64,000 nucleotides of DNA from assembly GCF_009914755.1 (NCBI RefSeq), contig NC_060926.1; one strand, given 5' to 3'. The translations under genes and the position numbers were made by a program. This DNA is from the human T2T-CHM13v2.0 reference genome, Homo sapiens. The notes beneath the pieces were generated by a model, which worked only from the letters and a program-made list of their open reading frames with translations, did not search any database and was not told where the DNA came from. Shown piece by piece: positions 1 to 19,921 of this stretch. The stretch's first letter is position 1. Each line of letters opens with the position of its first letter.

Positions 1-262
1 CCTGGGTAGCATGGTAAAACCACATCTCTACAAAACAACAACAAACCACAAAAATTAGCAGGGCATGGTGGCACATGCCTGTAGTCCCAGATACTCAGGA
101 GGCTGAGGTGGGAGGATCACCTGAGCCCCAGAGGTCGAGGCTGTAGTGAGCTGTGTTCGTGTGCCATTGCATTCCAGCCTGGGTGAAAGAGCAAAACTCT
201 GACTCAAAAAACAAAACAAAACAAAACAAAAAAACAAAAACCCCACAAAAACAACAAAACAA
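1..262 (+). mobile_element. AluJ-like (partial) with (CAAAA)n tail
   Basis: Alu right-arm consensus match. Confidence 0.9.
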
Positions 263-1699
263 AAATGAAGGCTGTATTTTTCACTTAGCTTTATTTTCTT
301 CTGTTAACATACTTTTTAGCTTTCCCTCATATTAACATTAACCAAGTATAGTGAGTCATCTGTAATTCTTTTTGGCTGCCTACCATATGAACTTTTTTGC
401 ATTTGAAAAACCTCCAACCTTATCAGCTAGAGCCTGCCTCTCACTGTGGAGATACTAAGTGCTAGACTTCTCTTTCCCATTTTTCCCTGCAGCTTGGGAG
501 TAGCTGTGTGACCCATGTGTGACTTGGGTCTATCAACCAGACACATGTGCTTTACACTCTGCATGGAAAGTTAGTGATTCAAAGAAGCAGTGATCACAGA
601 TAATTTATTCTGGCAAAAGTGCCACAGCTATATCCAGCTCTAGAAGTTGCACTGGCAGTGTGAGGTGATTTGTGCTTGGCAGTGGCGGCAGTAATAGTTT
701 CATTGGGCCAATTCTATGCCTTTGGCTCTGAAGCCTCTAACACTGGTCTGAAGACACCTACATTTTCCTAATGCCCTTTAATCCCTTTTCTGCTTAAATT
801 AGGGTTGATTTTTGGTGCTTATAAGAAGAATTTGACTTATACATGTATAAAAGGTTGTCTCCTAGTCTTCACTATAATAAGCAACCTAGCATAAATATCC
901 TTCTCATCATTTCCTTTTAAATTTCTAAAAGTCAAAATCTAGTTGCTTTTTCTTTAAACTGTAAATAATTCTGCCATTATCTTTGTGCATAGGCTATTCT
1001 CCACATTTTTCTGTTTTTAAAAAATAGACTTACAGGTGACTACTATTTAACACTTATTTACAAGCCCACAGTATAAACTCCCCAACCTCAAAATAAAAAA
1101 TCCTGAAAATAATTTACTCTCTCCCATCTCAGTCATTATTTTTCAGAGTAACCTAGAAGTAGGAGAATGATAGCAGTGAAACCAACTGCTATAATGTAAC
1201 TTCGTAATTTCTGACACTGGGAAAAGATAATCATTTTCAGAACAGGGTAAGATATTTCAATTAAAATACGGAAAAACTATGCCCAAACGACCATTAAGAA
1301 TGGACTATCTAAAAATAAAGAGCCTATAAATCTAGGACTGAAATGTTGATGGGCAGTAGCCTGTCAAGGTGACCAGGAGCCAAAGGACTCAGTGCATTCC
1401 AGAGTCACAGCGTGCTTTGCCTGGCTTTCTCAACTGGGACTCATATATGCTTCAGTGCTTTTTCACCAATTCTAAATGTCCTTACAAATACAAATGAGCA
1501 ATGGAAATAGCCATTAATATCTTTCAGTGGAAAGCCTTAAAGATAATAAAGAACACTGTATCAGAGAAGAATAACGGTTAATAGTTGGATTAAAATAACT
1601 TTAGAAGTTCTCCTCAAGCTATAATTCTGAGTTTAAAACTTAAAAGCTTTGTTATACTCCTATGCTATGGTAAAACTGTAACAGAAATGTTTTTCTTTC

Positions 1700-1950
1700 C
1701 TTTTTTTTTTTTTTTTTTGACAATGTCTCACTCTGTTGCCCAGGCTGGAGCACAGTGGTCCACTGCAGCCTCAACCTCTTAAGAGATCCTCTTACCAACA
1801 AGCCTGGGTAGGTTTTTTTTTTTTTTTAATTTCTTGCAGAGACAGGGTCTCGCCATGTTGCCCAGGCTGGTCTCGAGCTCCTGGTAAGCAATCTGCCCAC
1901 CTCAGTTTCCCAAAGTGCTGGGATTACAGGCATGAGCCGCTGTGCCAGCC
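1700..1950 (-). mobile_element. AluJ-like with internal deletion
   Basis: Poly-T followed by reverse Alu consensus. Confidence 0.88.
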
Positions 1951-2001
1951 CAAAAACATTTTTCTTAGAGTAGCCTATGGCTTCACACCTCCCCCATTCT
2001 A

Positions 2002-2286
<285 letters not shown>

Positions 2287-2299
2287 TTAATACTGTAGG

Positions 2300-2485
2300 C
2301 TGGGGTCAGCGAACTACACCTGGAGGCCTGTTTTTTGTGTGGCCCTGGAGCTAAGACTGGTTTTTGCTTTTTAAAGGTTGAGTGAAAACAAGGAATGTGC
2401 AACAGAAACTGTACGCGGCCTGCAAAGCTTAAAATGTGACTATGTAGCTCTTTAGAGAAAAAGGTTTGCCAACTCCTGATATAGA
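2300..2485. mobile_element. MER58-like hAT-Charlie fossil
   Basis: Ends GGGGTCAGCGAACTAC...AAAAGGTTTGCCAACTCCTG. Confidence 0.65.
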
Positions 2486-2895
2486 CAATCCAGAATTGAT
2501 TCAACGAATATATTTTGAGTGCCTGCCCATTTATCAGGGATTAAGTACAGACCTTAAAAGTAGAAACAAACGAAAATCCCCTACCGTGGAGAAGACAGTA
2601 ATTTTGTGGGGTAAGAAAACAACGACTTACCCAGCAATGTGGTGTCATTGCTACAATACAAGTGTATTTAAGGTATTACAGGAGCAGAGGAAAGAACATC
2701 CATCTGCCAGGTGAGGGGTATATACACGAGTCAGGAACACAAATGCTTTTAAGGAGATGATGCCTAAACTGAGTTGTGAAGGAAAAATTTGAGTTTCCAG
2801 AGGGCAAAGAAAAGGCATTAAGACACAGATACGACACAGCATGTATAAGGGCAAGGAGGTGACAGAGCATGTCATTTAAAAGACATGACTTTGGG

Positions 2896-3785
<890 letters not shown>

Positions 3786-4257
3786 GGGTCTGATGCTAAA
3801 TGCCGCTACAGAGATCCATCAGACCATTAGGAGTATTATACTGGGGAATCTGGACTGTGTTCTAGAGATGGGGAGGTGGAGAAGAATTTTAAGCAGAAAT
3901 ACAAAATAATATTTGTGTCTTGAAAACAGCTGAAATAAAATGGAAGTTAAATGGAAAACAGTTCAGATTCAGAGGCTACTTAAACCTGAATTCAGGAGAA
4001 CTGAAAGGAAATAATAATATTACTAAATAAGTACAGAGTCTGGTACCTCTATGCAAAAATCCTAAAAACCTATCCTTTTGCTTTTTGGATCAACTAATCT
4101 GTTAAAGAATCAAGTTTCACCAGTGCTGGTTTAGGAATACAAAAATTGAATAATAAGAATGAAAAAAATAAGCTTTTGTTCCCTGATATATATTGTTATT
4201 CTTGACATCTCTCACAATGGTCTAGCACTTACATGCCAGGTAAAATATACTGACTCA

Positions 4258-4434
<177 letters not shown>

Positions 4435-6127
4435 CTAGAAATGAAGAATTACTATGTATGTAAAGAAGAGTCTTTTATAACAACTGTTTTATCCCAATTT
4501 AAAATACATTGAGGTGCACTGTCCCCACTTGTGTGCTACCTACTGATGTTGAGCACAAATTTGTTTAAGAAAAAGAATTATGGTCTCTAAAAATAAATCA
4601 TGGCTTTTGGTTTCAGCTACCTTGCTGTCCTACAGTATTAACCAGAAAAGAGCAGCAAGACTGGCCTGAAAACATTTTATTAAATGCAGCTTTTCATGAC
4701 AATAATGTAATTTTAAAGAGTTCTTCACTACCTACTATAATTTTAAATTTTCAGATGAAACCAAAATACTTACCAAGGTTAGAAGTCCTAGTATAGCACT
4801 CTTCCTATGCCTAAGAGCTAGATATTGGCATTTTTCACTTTTGAGTATCTACAAATATGCTGACTAAAGTCTTACCAGCTCAATTTTCTATATCCTCTGT
4901 AGTCGGAATTCTCAACCATTAAGACCTGAAATCTTACTGATGTTACTGATAACTACCACAATCCTCTTCAAAGGCCCATTTAACTTTATTAAAAAAAATT
5001 TAAAGTGGTCTTAAAATTTTTCGGTAAAATTCTTTGTAGGGTTAAAGTAAGTTAAATTATTTGTAAGGTTACTAAGTTACTTGTAGGTTATGTAACCATC
5101 CCCCAATGTAGCTCAAACTCATCAGTTCCAGTTGATTGAAACTAGGCAGTCTCTGAACAGACAAAAGAACTAATTCTGATCTACCTTTCACACAAAAAAG
5201 ATAAAGAAATTGGTTTTCACCCTGCTTAAACTAATGAAATAGCACCGTTTACATAAAGAAAATAAATAATATATCCAAGTCACTCTTCATATTTTCATTC
5301 TCATTTTGAAAACTTCACTTTGGGGCAATAACTGGAGACAGCAAAATGTAATCAAATAAGGAGGAAATTCTCCTCTCATTCTTCTTTAAAATACCCAAGT
5401 TGTTATGACATTGTTAACTTTCACTTTTAGTAAGATTCACTTTTATAAAACTTGATGTAGATTAATTTCTATAAAACACTCTTGGTCTTTTCACTTCCCA
5501 ACTCTTCCCCAACTTCAATTATACAATCAGAAAAAGTTGCTTGTTGAAAAGTTTTGAAAGGAAGAGGTAACAGTAGCTACTCCTGTGATGGGCTGGATCT
5601 GGGTTTGCCAGCAGTACTAAAATGCCTGTGGAAAGGTATAGCGCTTCCATTCAGCAGCTGCTTCCCTTCTCCCCTCTTGGCTCTCCAAGAACATGGTGCT
5701 TAACTGTTCTTTCCATCTCGGGTCCAATAATTGCAACATTTTGATAGACTAGTCTAATTCCATGTTTGTAAAACCAAATAAAACCTATCTAAAAGATAAT
5801 ACACTAAGTGGGTAACAATGATTATTTCTAAGAGGTGCAGCAAGCAAATGGTACTGAGAAGTAGTCATTTAAGATTTGTTCTGTATTTTTGCATCTGTTC
5901 AACAAGCATGTATTGCTTTTGTAATATAAAAATATTAATATTTACTTAAAGATTGTCAGAGAAAAATAAATGAATTAAAGAAAAAAATTCCTAAGAATAA
6001 AAGGCTTGTGTTGTAATTCATTGTGTCAGCACATGTGAAATTATCTGATATATGATATGCTAAAGTCTGAGGTTTCCTTAAATTCAAGGCTATAGTTTAT
6101 ATATTAATTTGTTCCCTACTTGCATAA

Positions 6128-6825
<698 letters not shown>

Positions 6826-7225
6826 AGCCCTACACTTCTTGAATTGTATAATTTCTCCCCAAATTCAGGGCCTCTATACAAAATGGAATCCCCTATCTCC
6901 TTTCTAGTTTACTCTTAATCATCCTAGTGGTCTTACCTGAGACATAACTTCCTTGGAGAAAACTTCCCTGATCTCTCTAGACTAGGTAAAATCCCTTTGC
7001 TCTATGCTCCCACTGTACTCAGTATGTCCTCCTTTGCAGCAGTCAGTACATTATTAATGACTTTTTAAACATGTCATCTTTCCTGCTAGATGTATGCTCC
7101 ATGAGGGCAGGGACTGTATCAGTCTAGTTTACTCTAGTCAACTACCACCTTCACTATTTTTGCCATAACTACATACCAACTCTATTAATTTTTTCTTAAA
7201 ATCAACTTTAAAAAATCAGACATAA

Positions 7226-7563
<338 letters not shown>

Positions 7564-7692
7564 GACATGCTATAAATTTTCTAATCCATGTTAAAACAAA
7601 CATGAATATTAAGGTTAAAAAAAATTCACCTATCCCTAAAGTCACTTGGGTATTACTGTGGTCTAAGAAATCTACATTAGGAAACCGTGCTA

Positions 7693-7974
<282 letters not shown>

Positions 7975-9864
7975 CTAAAGAAATACAACAGCTATTTTTA
8001 TTCTTTATTTAGGCCACCAAGTATCATTAATTAAATTTCTAAGTCTTCTCCAAACAAGATGATGTGGATATCTCGTTTACTTTTTGTTACCACGTCATGC
8101 CTCATTCAAGGATTACTTTATCACAACAACATATATTTCAAATAAAAAACAAAACTGTACATTAATGACCAATAAAATAAGACAAACTATAGGAAAATGA
8201 TTTATCATGATTCTAGCTTTACATGAAATTGCCTTTAACATAAAAGTTTATTTTGGGGTATAATCTTGGATAATAAAATAGTAAAATGGAAGAATAAGAG
8301 CAAATCAAATAGTAATTCCAGAACCCACCGACACTGCCAAGATCTCTGTTCTCAAAGAACGTGAAATTCCTCACATGCGTGTGTTTTTCATAATTTACCC
8401 ACTAGTCCTTACCCTGCTGCCTGGACAGCCACAGTGATGACAGTTATTATTTCAGGGCTATAAACGGGCTCAGCAGCATTAAGGCATTTGCAATTTGTTT
8501 CTAACTTTTAGCTCCTAGGCTAACCATTGTGCAGAACAAAACCTCTTCTGGCACATCTACTCTGAGAGACTCACAGCTATTATACTCAAGGTTCTTAACT
8601 TTAAGAAAAAAGGAAAGGAATCAAAATTTATTCTCTCAGAGCAGCAGGGTCCAGCTTCAAGCCTTGCACTAACATCCCTCTTACACCTTTTAAAGAACTC
8701 TGGTAAGCAGGTTGACAGAGCGTTAGAAATGGTACCGAGAGGCAGAACATTAAAAGAAAATTGCCTTTCTTTTCCTGAGTAATTGTAGAAAGAGCAAATT
8801 CCTTAGAAAATCAGAGGCACAGAAACATCACTGGTGGGCACTATTGAAAAAGGGCAGCCGGGGATTTGTGCGTAAAGGGGATACCATTCCACCTGCAGCA
8901 ACTACAGCCAGAGTTTACGTTCTCTGAGCAAATCTCTTATTAATAAAAAAAAAAAAATCTATTTTCATGAAACACTAGTAAGGACACACATCTGCAATCT
9001 CTAAAAGCTCCTAATGTATGCTTCTCACATTGAGGGTTGTTTTAAAGGATAACTTGTCTATTTAAATTTAAGCCATAACTGGAGAGTAAAATGTAAACAA
9101 AAATTGAGAAATCTGGTAGCATAGTTATAAGCAAGCAAACTGAGACTTGAGAGGGGAAAAAAAGGAAGCACTGCTACAAACCTCATAACCAGGCCTCAGA
9201 GCGAGGGTACAAGGTTCCTTAGCCCATGGAAGCTCAAGTTTTTCTGCCCTTTGATGAGACTTCAGGACAGTCTCTATGTGACCCACGCAGTAAGCTGTCT
9301 TAGCTTTAGACCAAGTGGTTCCAATAAATCAAAAAGTATTTTTGGTGTTTTTCTAAAACTAATGGGACCAACATTAATGTTTTAATCATAATAAAAACTG
9401 TTTCAAGGCTATGGACTTTTAGAAGTTCATCCAGCTAATGCAGATATAAGTATTAACTAACTCAAGGATATCTTAAGCCACATTTCCTATTCAGATAAGC
9501 CTGCAGTGTATCTGTGTATATTAATGGACAGCACCAGAGAGTAAGTAGGCCAGGAGATAGGGAGACATTCCTTAGATACCTGAGAGAAACAGGTTCAGTT
9601 TTAGCACTCTACCAGCAAACTATAGTTATTTCATCAAAAGAATAAGACATACATGCCGAAAGAAAATTGGCCTGAATATGCAGACTCCTCCTCTAAATAA
9701 AACTGATGTTAACATACAGCAAAAAACGTCCCAACTGGCCTAAATTAAATATCATAACTTCTTTTTGTGACAAAAAAAAATACTTCCAGAAAATACTGAT
9801 GGCATGATGACCAAGGATACGAGGCAAATATGTGAAGGGTTTTACATTTCTGTTGCTAAGATAG

Positions 9865-10178
<314 letters not shown>

Positions 10179-10811
10179 TGAGATTGAATTTAAAAAGATC
10201 TTTTAATCAAGTGCCCACCAGGCAGAGATACTGCATAAAGAAATATTTTATAATGCACTCACGCTATGGTTAAAGATTTTGTCTTTCGTGTATGGATGGC
10301 ACTGTCTATGTATATTAATTAATATTATTCAGGCTCATAAAAAGGGTCTGATCTATAAAATTCTCTTTATTATATACCAGGTACTAACCAGAAAGATCAA
10401 GAAGTATTTAATTCCACTTGATGATGACTAGAACATTATAAAAGTCGTAATAGGTACTATCATTTGGGAAGGGTCAGAAAATGAAGAGATAGAAGATACA
10501 GAATAAATTAAAGACATAATGTTTGTTCCAGTGGAATTTAAAACCATGGAAACTGGGGCATATCTTTAAAATAAGAATACTTACAAAAAATATAAAAGGT
10601 CATATTTACTTAGAAGTCAAATCATATAGCAGAGTAAACTCCACATGACATTTCTAACTTTCCTGACATAGAATTTTGTTCTAACAAGTGCATTGCTAGA
10701 AATTACATATTCTCTCCCATTCTTATTCATACAGACTGAAATAATAATAGATGCTCCACCAGTTTCCCAACTGAAGATGTCTAAATTTGGCACCAGTTAA
10801 CATGTAAATGG

Positions 10812-12012
10812 TTAGCCATAGGCAGAAGATTGAAAACTGGACCCCTTCCTTACACCATATATACAAATCAACTCAAGATGAATTAAAGACTTAAATGTAA
10901 AACCTAAGACTATAAAAACCCTTGAAGAAAACCTAGGAAATATAATTCTACAGAAAGGCAAAGATTTTATGACAAAGATGCCAAAAGCAATTGCAACAAA
11001 AACAAAAATCAGCAACTGGAAACTAAAGAGTTCCTGCACAGCAAAATAAACTATCAACAGAGTAAATAGACAACCTACAGAATGGGAGAAAATATTTACA
11101 AACTATGCATCTGACAAAGATCTAGTATCCAGAATTTATAAGGAACTTATATTAACAAGCAAAACAAACAAAAACAGAAAAAAACCCCAACACCATAAAA
11201 AAGTGGGCAAAGGACATGAACAGATATTTTTAAAAGAAGACATACATGCAGCCAACAAGCATATGAAAAAAATGCTCAACATCACTAACCATTAGAGGAA
11301 TGCAAATCTAAACCACAACGAGATACCATCTCACATCAGTTAGAATGACTGTAGTTAAAAAGTCAAAATATAACAGATGCTGGTGAGGCTGTAGAAAAAA
11401 GGGAAAGCTTATACACTGCTAGTGGAAATGTAAGTTCAGCCACTGTGGAAAGCAGTTTGGGAATTTCTCAAAGAATGTAAAACAGAACTACTATTTGACT
11501 CAGCAATCCCATTATTGGATATATAACCAAAGGAATACAAATCGCTCTACCATAAAGACACATGCACACATTATGTTCATCACAATAGCAAAGACATGGA
11601 ATCAACCTAAATGTCCATCAATGATAGACTGGATACAGAAAATGTGGTACATATATACCATAGAATACTACACAGCCATAAAAAAGAGATAATGTTCTTT
11701 GCAGCAACATGGATGAAGCTGGAGGCCATTATCCTAAGCAAGCCAACAGAGGAACAGAAAATCAAACACCCCATGTTCTCACTTATAAGTGGGAGCTAAA
11801 CATTGTGTCCACATGGACACAAGGAAGAGAATAACAGACACTGGGGCCTACCTGAGGGTTGAAGGAGGGTGAGGATTGAAAAACTACCTATTGGGTACTA
11901 TACTTATTACCTGGGTGACAAAATAATACGTATATCAAACCCCTGTGGCAGACAATTTATCTATTAAACCAACCTGCACATGTACCCCTGAAAGTAAAAG
12001 TTAAAAAAAAAG
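10812..12012 (+). mobile_element. 5'-truncated L1 (older L1PA/L1PB): ORF2 end, 3' UTR, A-tail
   Basis: CTGGACCCCTTCCTTACACC, ATGTTCTCACTTATAAGTGGGAGCTAAA, ACCTGCACATGTACCCCTG followed by an A-tail. Confidence 0.92.
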
Positions 12013-13648
12013 AAATGCTATCTAAAATAATAATATTAAAATTTTTAAAATTAGCAAGTGAAAAGAAATACTTTGCACTCCAGCAGATGAAGACAATAAG
12101 GACATCCCTCCAAGTCAGTCACCATTTTGGTTTTAGGACACTTACATAGTGTTCTAAGAGACTGGACATTACATTTGATCTTTTGATTTTAGGGAGTAGC
12201 TGGAGATTTCAGTTATTTCAGGCCCTTGTTATTTCTTATTTATACCAATAAAACAATCTCAAAACTAGCTTCCTGCCCCTTACTTCTTTTTGGTTTAGTG
12301 TATCCTAATATGGCTGCCACTCCTCAAACCATTCCCCTGCTCAAAAACTTCAAATGTTACCTTTCATAATTAATAAATTCCTCATATTGACACTCACAAA
12401 AAGTCAAATCATGACTTCATCCCCCAGAAATGTATAGCGCTTTAATAAAACAGAATAATTAACAGTTTCCTGAACATTTTCTGAATGTCAGAGCATACAG
12501 CTTCATTTGATGGCTTTCTCATCTTGGAATACCATCCCCTCTCCACCTGTCAAAATCCTATCTCTCTTCTCTGGTTTATTTCACATTCAACCAACTTTAC
12601 CAAAAGCTTTCCTGGGCCTTCTTCTCTAGTTTGAGCCCCACAGCACATTTTATGTTTTTGATACTACTTATTCAAATCCATGATACACTTAACCTTTGTG
12701 TACTAGTTTAATCTTGTGATTAACTATATCTTCCTTAAGGCTAGGATATTCTGCTTTAACAGCTTTCGATTCTATAATGCCCGATACAGTATTGTGCACA
12801 TGAAAGTTCAATAAAAAGCCACTGAATTGACTGAAATTGCATTTTTACAGGAGTTTTAAGAATATTGGAGTTAGGGAGGTATAAATGGTCTATGCTGTTT
12901 GCTCATCAACTGGCTCAGTAACTCTTTTCATATCAAACAAAATGGAAGCCATCCTCTTCCCTTCAGTGCCTACTACCTCAACTCACATGTTAATGCTGCT
13001 TTAAAACTAGGCAATAAGGTTGTCATTCACCAATTTTAGGAAGTTCACTTGTGAAGGCAGGTTATCTTTCCTGGTAGCCACAAGCAGTATCAACTAGTCA
13101 GCTTGCCAAGCAGTCTTGCCACTATTACCCTTCTGTGCTGCTGTGGAGACCACTGCTACTCCTACACTGAAAGAAACCAAAGTTTGTTCCCTGCATCCCC
13201 TGCAGATAAGAAAACTGGCAGACAGAAGATGATGCAGACAAAAGCATGTAGTGGCTAAAAACACAGTGGATACCACTACTGTCCCTGTTGGGGATGTGGG
13301 ATGGGGGAACAGCAGTCAGTGTTTAGGCACTAGCTACCAACTTTGGCCTGAGTTTTTACTATATCTCAAGTTGTAGAGATATGTGAGGTAGAGAGATATA
13401 CAGAAAGAGAAATATTAGCACTCAACTCTACTTGTGAAGTCCATGACATAAGACACTATCTTAAGTAAAACTACATAAAAAGCAAGATCCTCTAAGTAAT
13501 TCTAAGATAACCCTCCTAAACCCAAGAGTGACTTTGCTAAATTCCATTTAAGTTACATTCCTTTCAAGAAAAAGAACACTGCTGCCACTATTCAAAATGT
13601 GATGTTCTGTTAAGCTAAACTGCATATATATTTTGATTAACAGTATTA

Positions 13649-13855
<207 letters not shown>

Positions 13856-14429
13856 CTACGTGGAACAAAGTTAGAAGACATATAGGTAAGAAAACACGAA
13901 GGCTGCAGCATCCAGAGATGCAATCACTGAGAACTAGACCATACTAGTCCTCACTGTTTTATGAAGAGCTGAAGGAACTAACGCTGCATCAGGGATAAAG
14001 TGTGACCATCAACCATATGAATGAGTCCTGACTAGCCTGCTGGGTGGTGAGACAGTATATCCAGTGCTTAGCCAACCACTGGACATTTGAGTGAGGGCAC
14101 TGACAGCTAGCTGACTACAGATACATCAGTGAGCTTAGCTGATATCAGCAGAAGAACTGCCTAGCTGAGATCAATCCAAATTGCCAACTCATAAAATCAC
14201 GAGTTTATAAGTTTGCTCTTTTAAGCTACTAAGTTTGATTTTGTTAACATAAACTCAGGACAGAATATGTTTTATTTACTAACTTTTTAGGCACAATTAA
14301 AATATGTAGAGGCATTAGCTCTAAGGGAAAAGAAATGGGATTGGTTATACATAGGAAGGTGGCATCAATTTATAAAACAATGAGCTCTTGGAGCAAGAAA
14401 TGTTGTTGATCGAAGTGTGACACTTCTTA

Positions 14430-14708
<279 letters not shown>

Positions 14709-15930
14709 TCACAGTTTATTTCAGATGCATGCTACCTTGTTAAGGACAGTATCTCAGAGGTGGTCAGTATACATGTTGATTTATAATGCAGATAGGAAAT
14801 TAAAATAATTCCTTAGTGAATATCACTTGTAACTTTAACAATTAGCTATTATTTTTCTCATTTTCTCCTAAAGGGCATTCAAAATAATTTACTTCTAACA
14901 TTTTATCATAAATGTTTTTCAAAAATACAGAAAAGTTGAAAAAACCATCTTGATTCCATCATTGCTAACATTTTGCTACATTTACTTTATTACATATCTA
15001 TGCACCTATTAATCCATCTTTATTTGGATGCATTTCAAGGTAAACTACAAACGTCATTTCTCAATCACATGAGTAGATAACATAGCTTTTTGCTGAGAAG
15101 AGGAAATAAACTTTCTATAGGAGACACAAATAGGGAATAAAAGGGACACGGAGTTATTTTTATTTTCTTCTTTCTCTGCATGCATTTTGGATTTTTTTTT
15201 CCTTTCTCCCAGTTTTTACAACAAAATAGAATAGGAAGAAAACCCCTCACAATCTTACTAACGTAACACATTTAAAACATTAACATAGCTATTTTACTTT
15301 TTAAATTTTTCCTTCTAAGTTATATTTATATTTCATGTGTGTCTTTAAATAGATGTAATTATAGATACAATTTTTGATTCTGTATTTCTTACTTCATATA
15401 TCAATTTTCTCCCTACATGAGTTGAAAGTCTTTGTGATTATTATTTTTAAAGGCTACCTAATATTATAACAGGTTTAATGGCTACCTAATATATCATAAT
15501 TCTTAAAAATTTAGATTTTAATGTTTCATTATAATAAACAATATAACAAGAAACATATTCATGAAGATATTTTCCCCTTCCATGATCTTCACAATTATTT
15601 TCCCAAGACAAATTTTTAGAAATGGAAATACTAATTTAATAAGTGTATTTTTATGACTTGATGAATATAATCAAATAATATCCTAGAAGCACTATACTAA
15701 CATAATGAGTGGCTTTAAATGTTATATTTATATTTTTCCTTATTATAAAAGTAATTTATACTGAAACTACTGAAAAACGTAAAGAATCCCAATGCCCCCA
15801 AATAACAACTGCTTATAGTTTGGTAAAATTTCTTCTGTATTGGATCACATTACCATGTTTATTTGTCAATCGTTATTTCTTTTGTGAAATGTGTGTCTAT
15901 TTTAAACTTTGAATGTAGCTTAAATTATTA

Positions 15931-16317
<387 letters not shown>

Positions 16318-17731
16318 CTAGATTTTAACTATTTACAATAGTTTTTGTGGTTTTTGACTTGAGTTTAATATTTTACGTAATCGAGACTGCTACTACCCTT
16401 TGTAATTTCTTATATTGATTTTATGTTTCAAAAATATTCCAACCAAGCTGACTAAAAAGCTTATATTTTCATCTTATTAAAAAATTATTTTTCTCAATGG
16501 GTTCTTTAAATCTCTTAGGAATGTATGCTGACATATACAATGATGAAAATTATTTTTTCCCAAATAGTATTTCCCATTGCATTATAAAATAACACCGATT
16601 CATTTTTCATTAGTTTGTGATGCCTTTTATCATATAAATTTTCACATAGACTAGGATCTATGTTTTAGAGTTATTCTAAGCTCTATTATTTGTCTATCAA
16701 TTTGTATTATTTTTACTGTTATTGCTTTATATGCTTTAATATATAATTGTAGGGCAAGTCCCCTACCCTACTTTGCTCTTTATTTTCAACACTTTCTTCG
16801 CTGTTTTTATATATTTTTGTTTGCTTAGTTTGGTGATGACAAATTAAAAATAAACTACTTGACCAAATAGTTGTTAGATATGTGGTTACAGGAAGTGAGA
16901 ACACAAGTGGCTCTAGGGTAAAATGTGTCTAAGAGAATATACGAAATATAAAGAACTAGACATTAATCTTTTTTTCCAATTATTTCTATCGACAATTATT
17001 TTTAAATTTAAAATGTATTATAAAAATAATAATGCTTATTACAAAAAGAAAAAAAGAAAAGTAAAAAAAAAACCATTGTTAGTACTTTGGGTGTATTTCC
17101 TTTCAATCTTTTAAAAATGCATCTTTTTTCCTTGATACCCAATTGAAACCATAGCATATATTTAATTTTTTCACCTAGCACAATAATACATTTTTGAGTT
17201 AGTTTTAATTTATAATTTAGTAGCAACACATACTTTAAATTCTTCTATATATTACTAAGAATTTAATGGTTAAAAGGTACTCAACAATCATCAGGAACAA
17301 GGGGTTTTAGTTTGAAAGAGAGATACCTATCTAAGTATATACCATTTATTTAAGCAATAGATACTGACTAAATAGCACTATACAAACCTGGCACCCTGCT
17401 TATCAATTAAGATGCAAAGGTGAAACAGACTCAGTCTGTTCACAATCTAGCAGTTCTAGGTCATCTTTATGAATTTACATGAATGAACTATGTTGTAATT
17501 CACAAAAACAATTTCAGTTTTTAATAAAATATTAGTGATATATCTGTATTTACTCTGATTTTGAATATTACCAGACTCCAATTTTGAATACAAACAACTA
17601 ATAAAAGAATGATCGTTTTAGCCTTATTATTCCTGGTTCCAACCAAAATAAACATTTTAAGTCAACCAAAGTCAGTACTTTAAATAACTGGAGGAAGGTT
17701 CTGGAGAGAAAGATTTAATTATATTATTCTA

Positions 17732-17890
<159 letters not shown>

Positions 17891-19017
17891 TTATACATAA
17901 TCACCTACACTCCATTAAAAAAAAAAAAAAAAGCACAGCACATTCTAATTTTGAATGCCAGTGAGAACATGTGCAAGTTTATCCCTGGAAATCTAAATAT
18001 TTGACTGTATCTAATCTGTGCTGTATATAAGCCAGAGAGCTTTCCTGAGAATAAACCACTACTACACCATTCCAAGGTTTCAAGTAGTTATCAGTCTCAG
18101 GGTACTCAGGTTTCTAAATAAGAGCTAAATGCTCAATATTTAGGAAAGACATTGGTAAAGTCACATTTGCTTTTAGGAGGTGAATTCCGTCTCAATCTAC
18201 AACTTGAAACTGTAAGTCTGAAGGAATATTGCATCTTTCTCTCATGTGTAAACCTTCTCTGTCTGCTTTCAAGCCACAGGATATCTCCAACTACCAAACA
18301 CAATTTAATGCTGATTCTTGATCCCACCAGAAGCTGTCAACAGAAGTTTGCACACAATTACACCATGACTGCCACCTGGCTGACAGTGATTGTAAGTCAT
18401 CATTGTATAATATGCACCATGATTTTAAAGGTTATAAAATGTACAAAATATATGTCTTAGAATTCAATAGTTAGGGTATAATTTCAATTCACTGCAACAA
18501 CATTTAGTTAAACAATGGAGAAAATGATGGCTGAAAATGAAAAGGGAGGACAAAATGTAACATATGTACCACTCAATGATAAATTTAAAGTTAGTTCTAT
18601 TACTAAAAATGTCACAGCTTCCATTGATAAACAGGTTAGTTCAACACATACCAAGTTCTTTGGTAGTGACTTTATGCTGTAACAGCTCTATAAGATAACA
18701 TGAAATTAAAAAAATACATTCAAGCTTAAAGTTGAATAAAATATTAAGATGCAACTTACGTGTAAAAATTTATTCTAGATAATAATTTGGCAAATAATTC
18801 TGATAAATCAAAACATATTGTATGACATGGACTCTAATTATAACACTTTTAAAAACATGAGTATTTTAAAATTACCCATCTAGATATATAATTAAATAAG
18901 GGAAGGTCTCCTGAATAAGAGGTACATAGGAAGATGTATAGTCCATAGGGATATATGAATCAGGCATTCACCTTCTCCCTCACTCACATGCGACAAAAAA
19001 ATGTTTCAAAAGTGTTA

Positions 19018-19299
<282 letters not shown>

Positions 19300-19735
19300 T
19301 CAAAGGATGTACTTTAAAAAATTAAAACTGTATTTTAATGTTTTAAATTAGAATTCCCATTCTGTAAGAGGCCATATCCTAGCTTCTTTCAACGATGGCA
19401 GCTTAACTTGCACATCAACTGACAATAAGTTATTTAATATTACCTTATACTATTCAATACTATTCTGTGCATCAACCTATGAGACATTATTTGATATTGT
19501 TATAGTCTAGTTTAGTATTTACAGACCATACAGAACCTAGAAAGTAAGTGAATATAAATGACAATCAACAATATATGCCAAGTGCCTAGCATAGTACCCA
19601 AGACACAGCAGATGCTCAAAAAATGCTGGATGCCGTCTCCATTCTCCCTGCCAAAGCTTCTGAGTCTAACTATATCTTACACAAACCCAGATATTAAAAA
19701 CTAGTCATTAAAAAAAAATTCAGAAATAATCTTTA

Positions 19736-19921
<186 letters not shown>

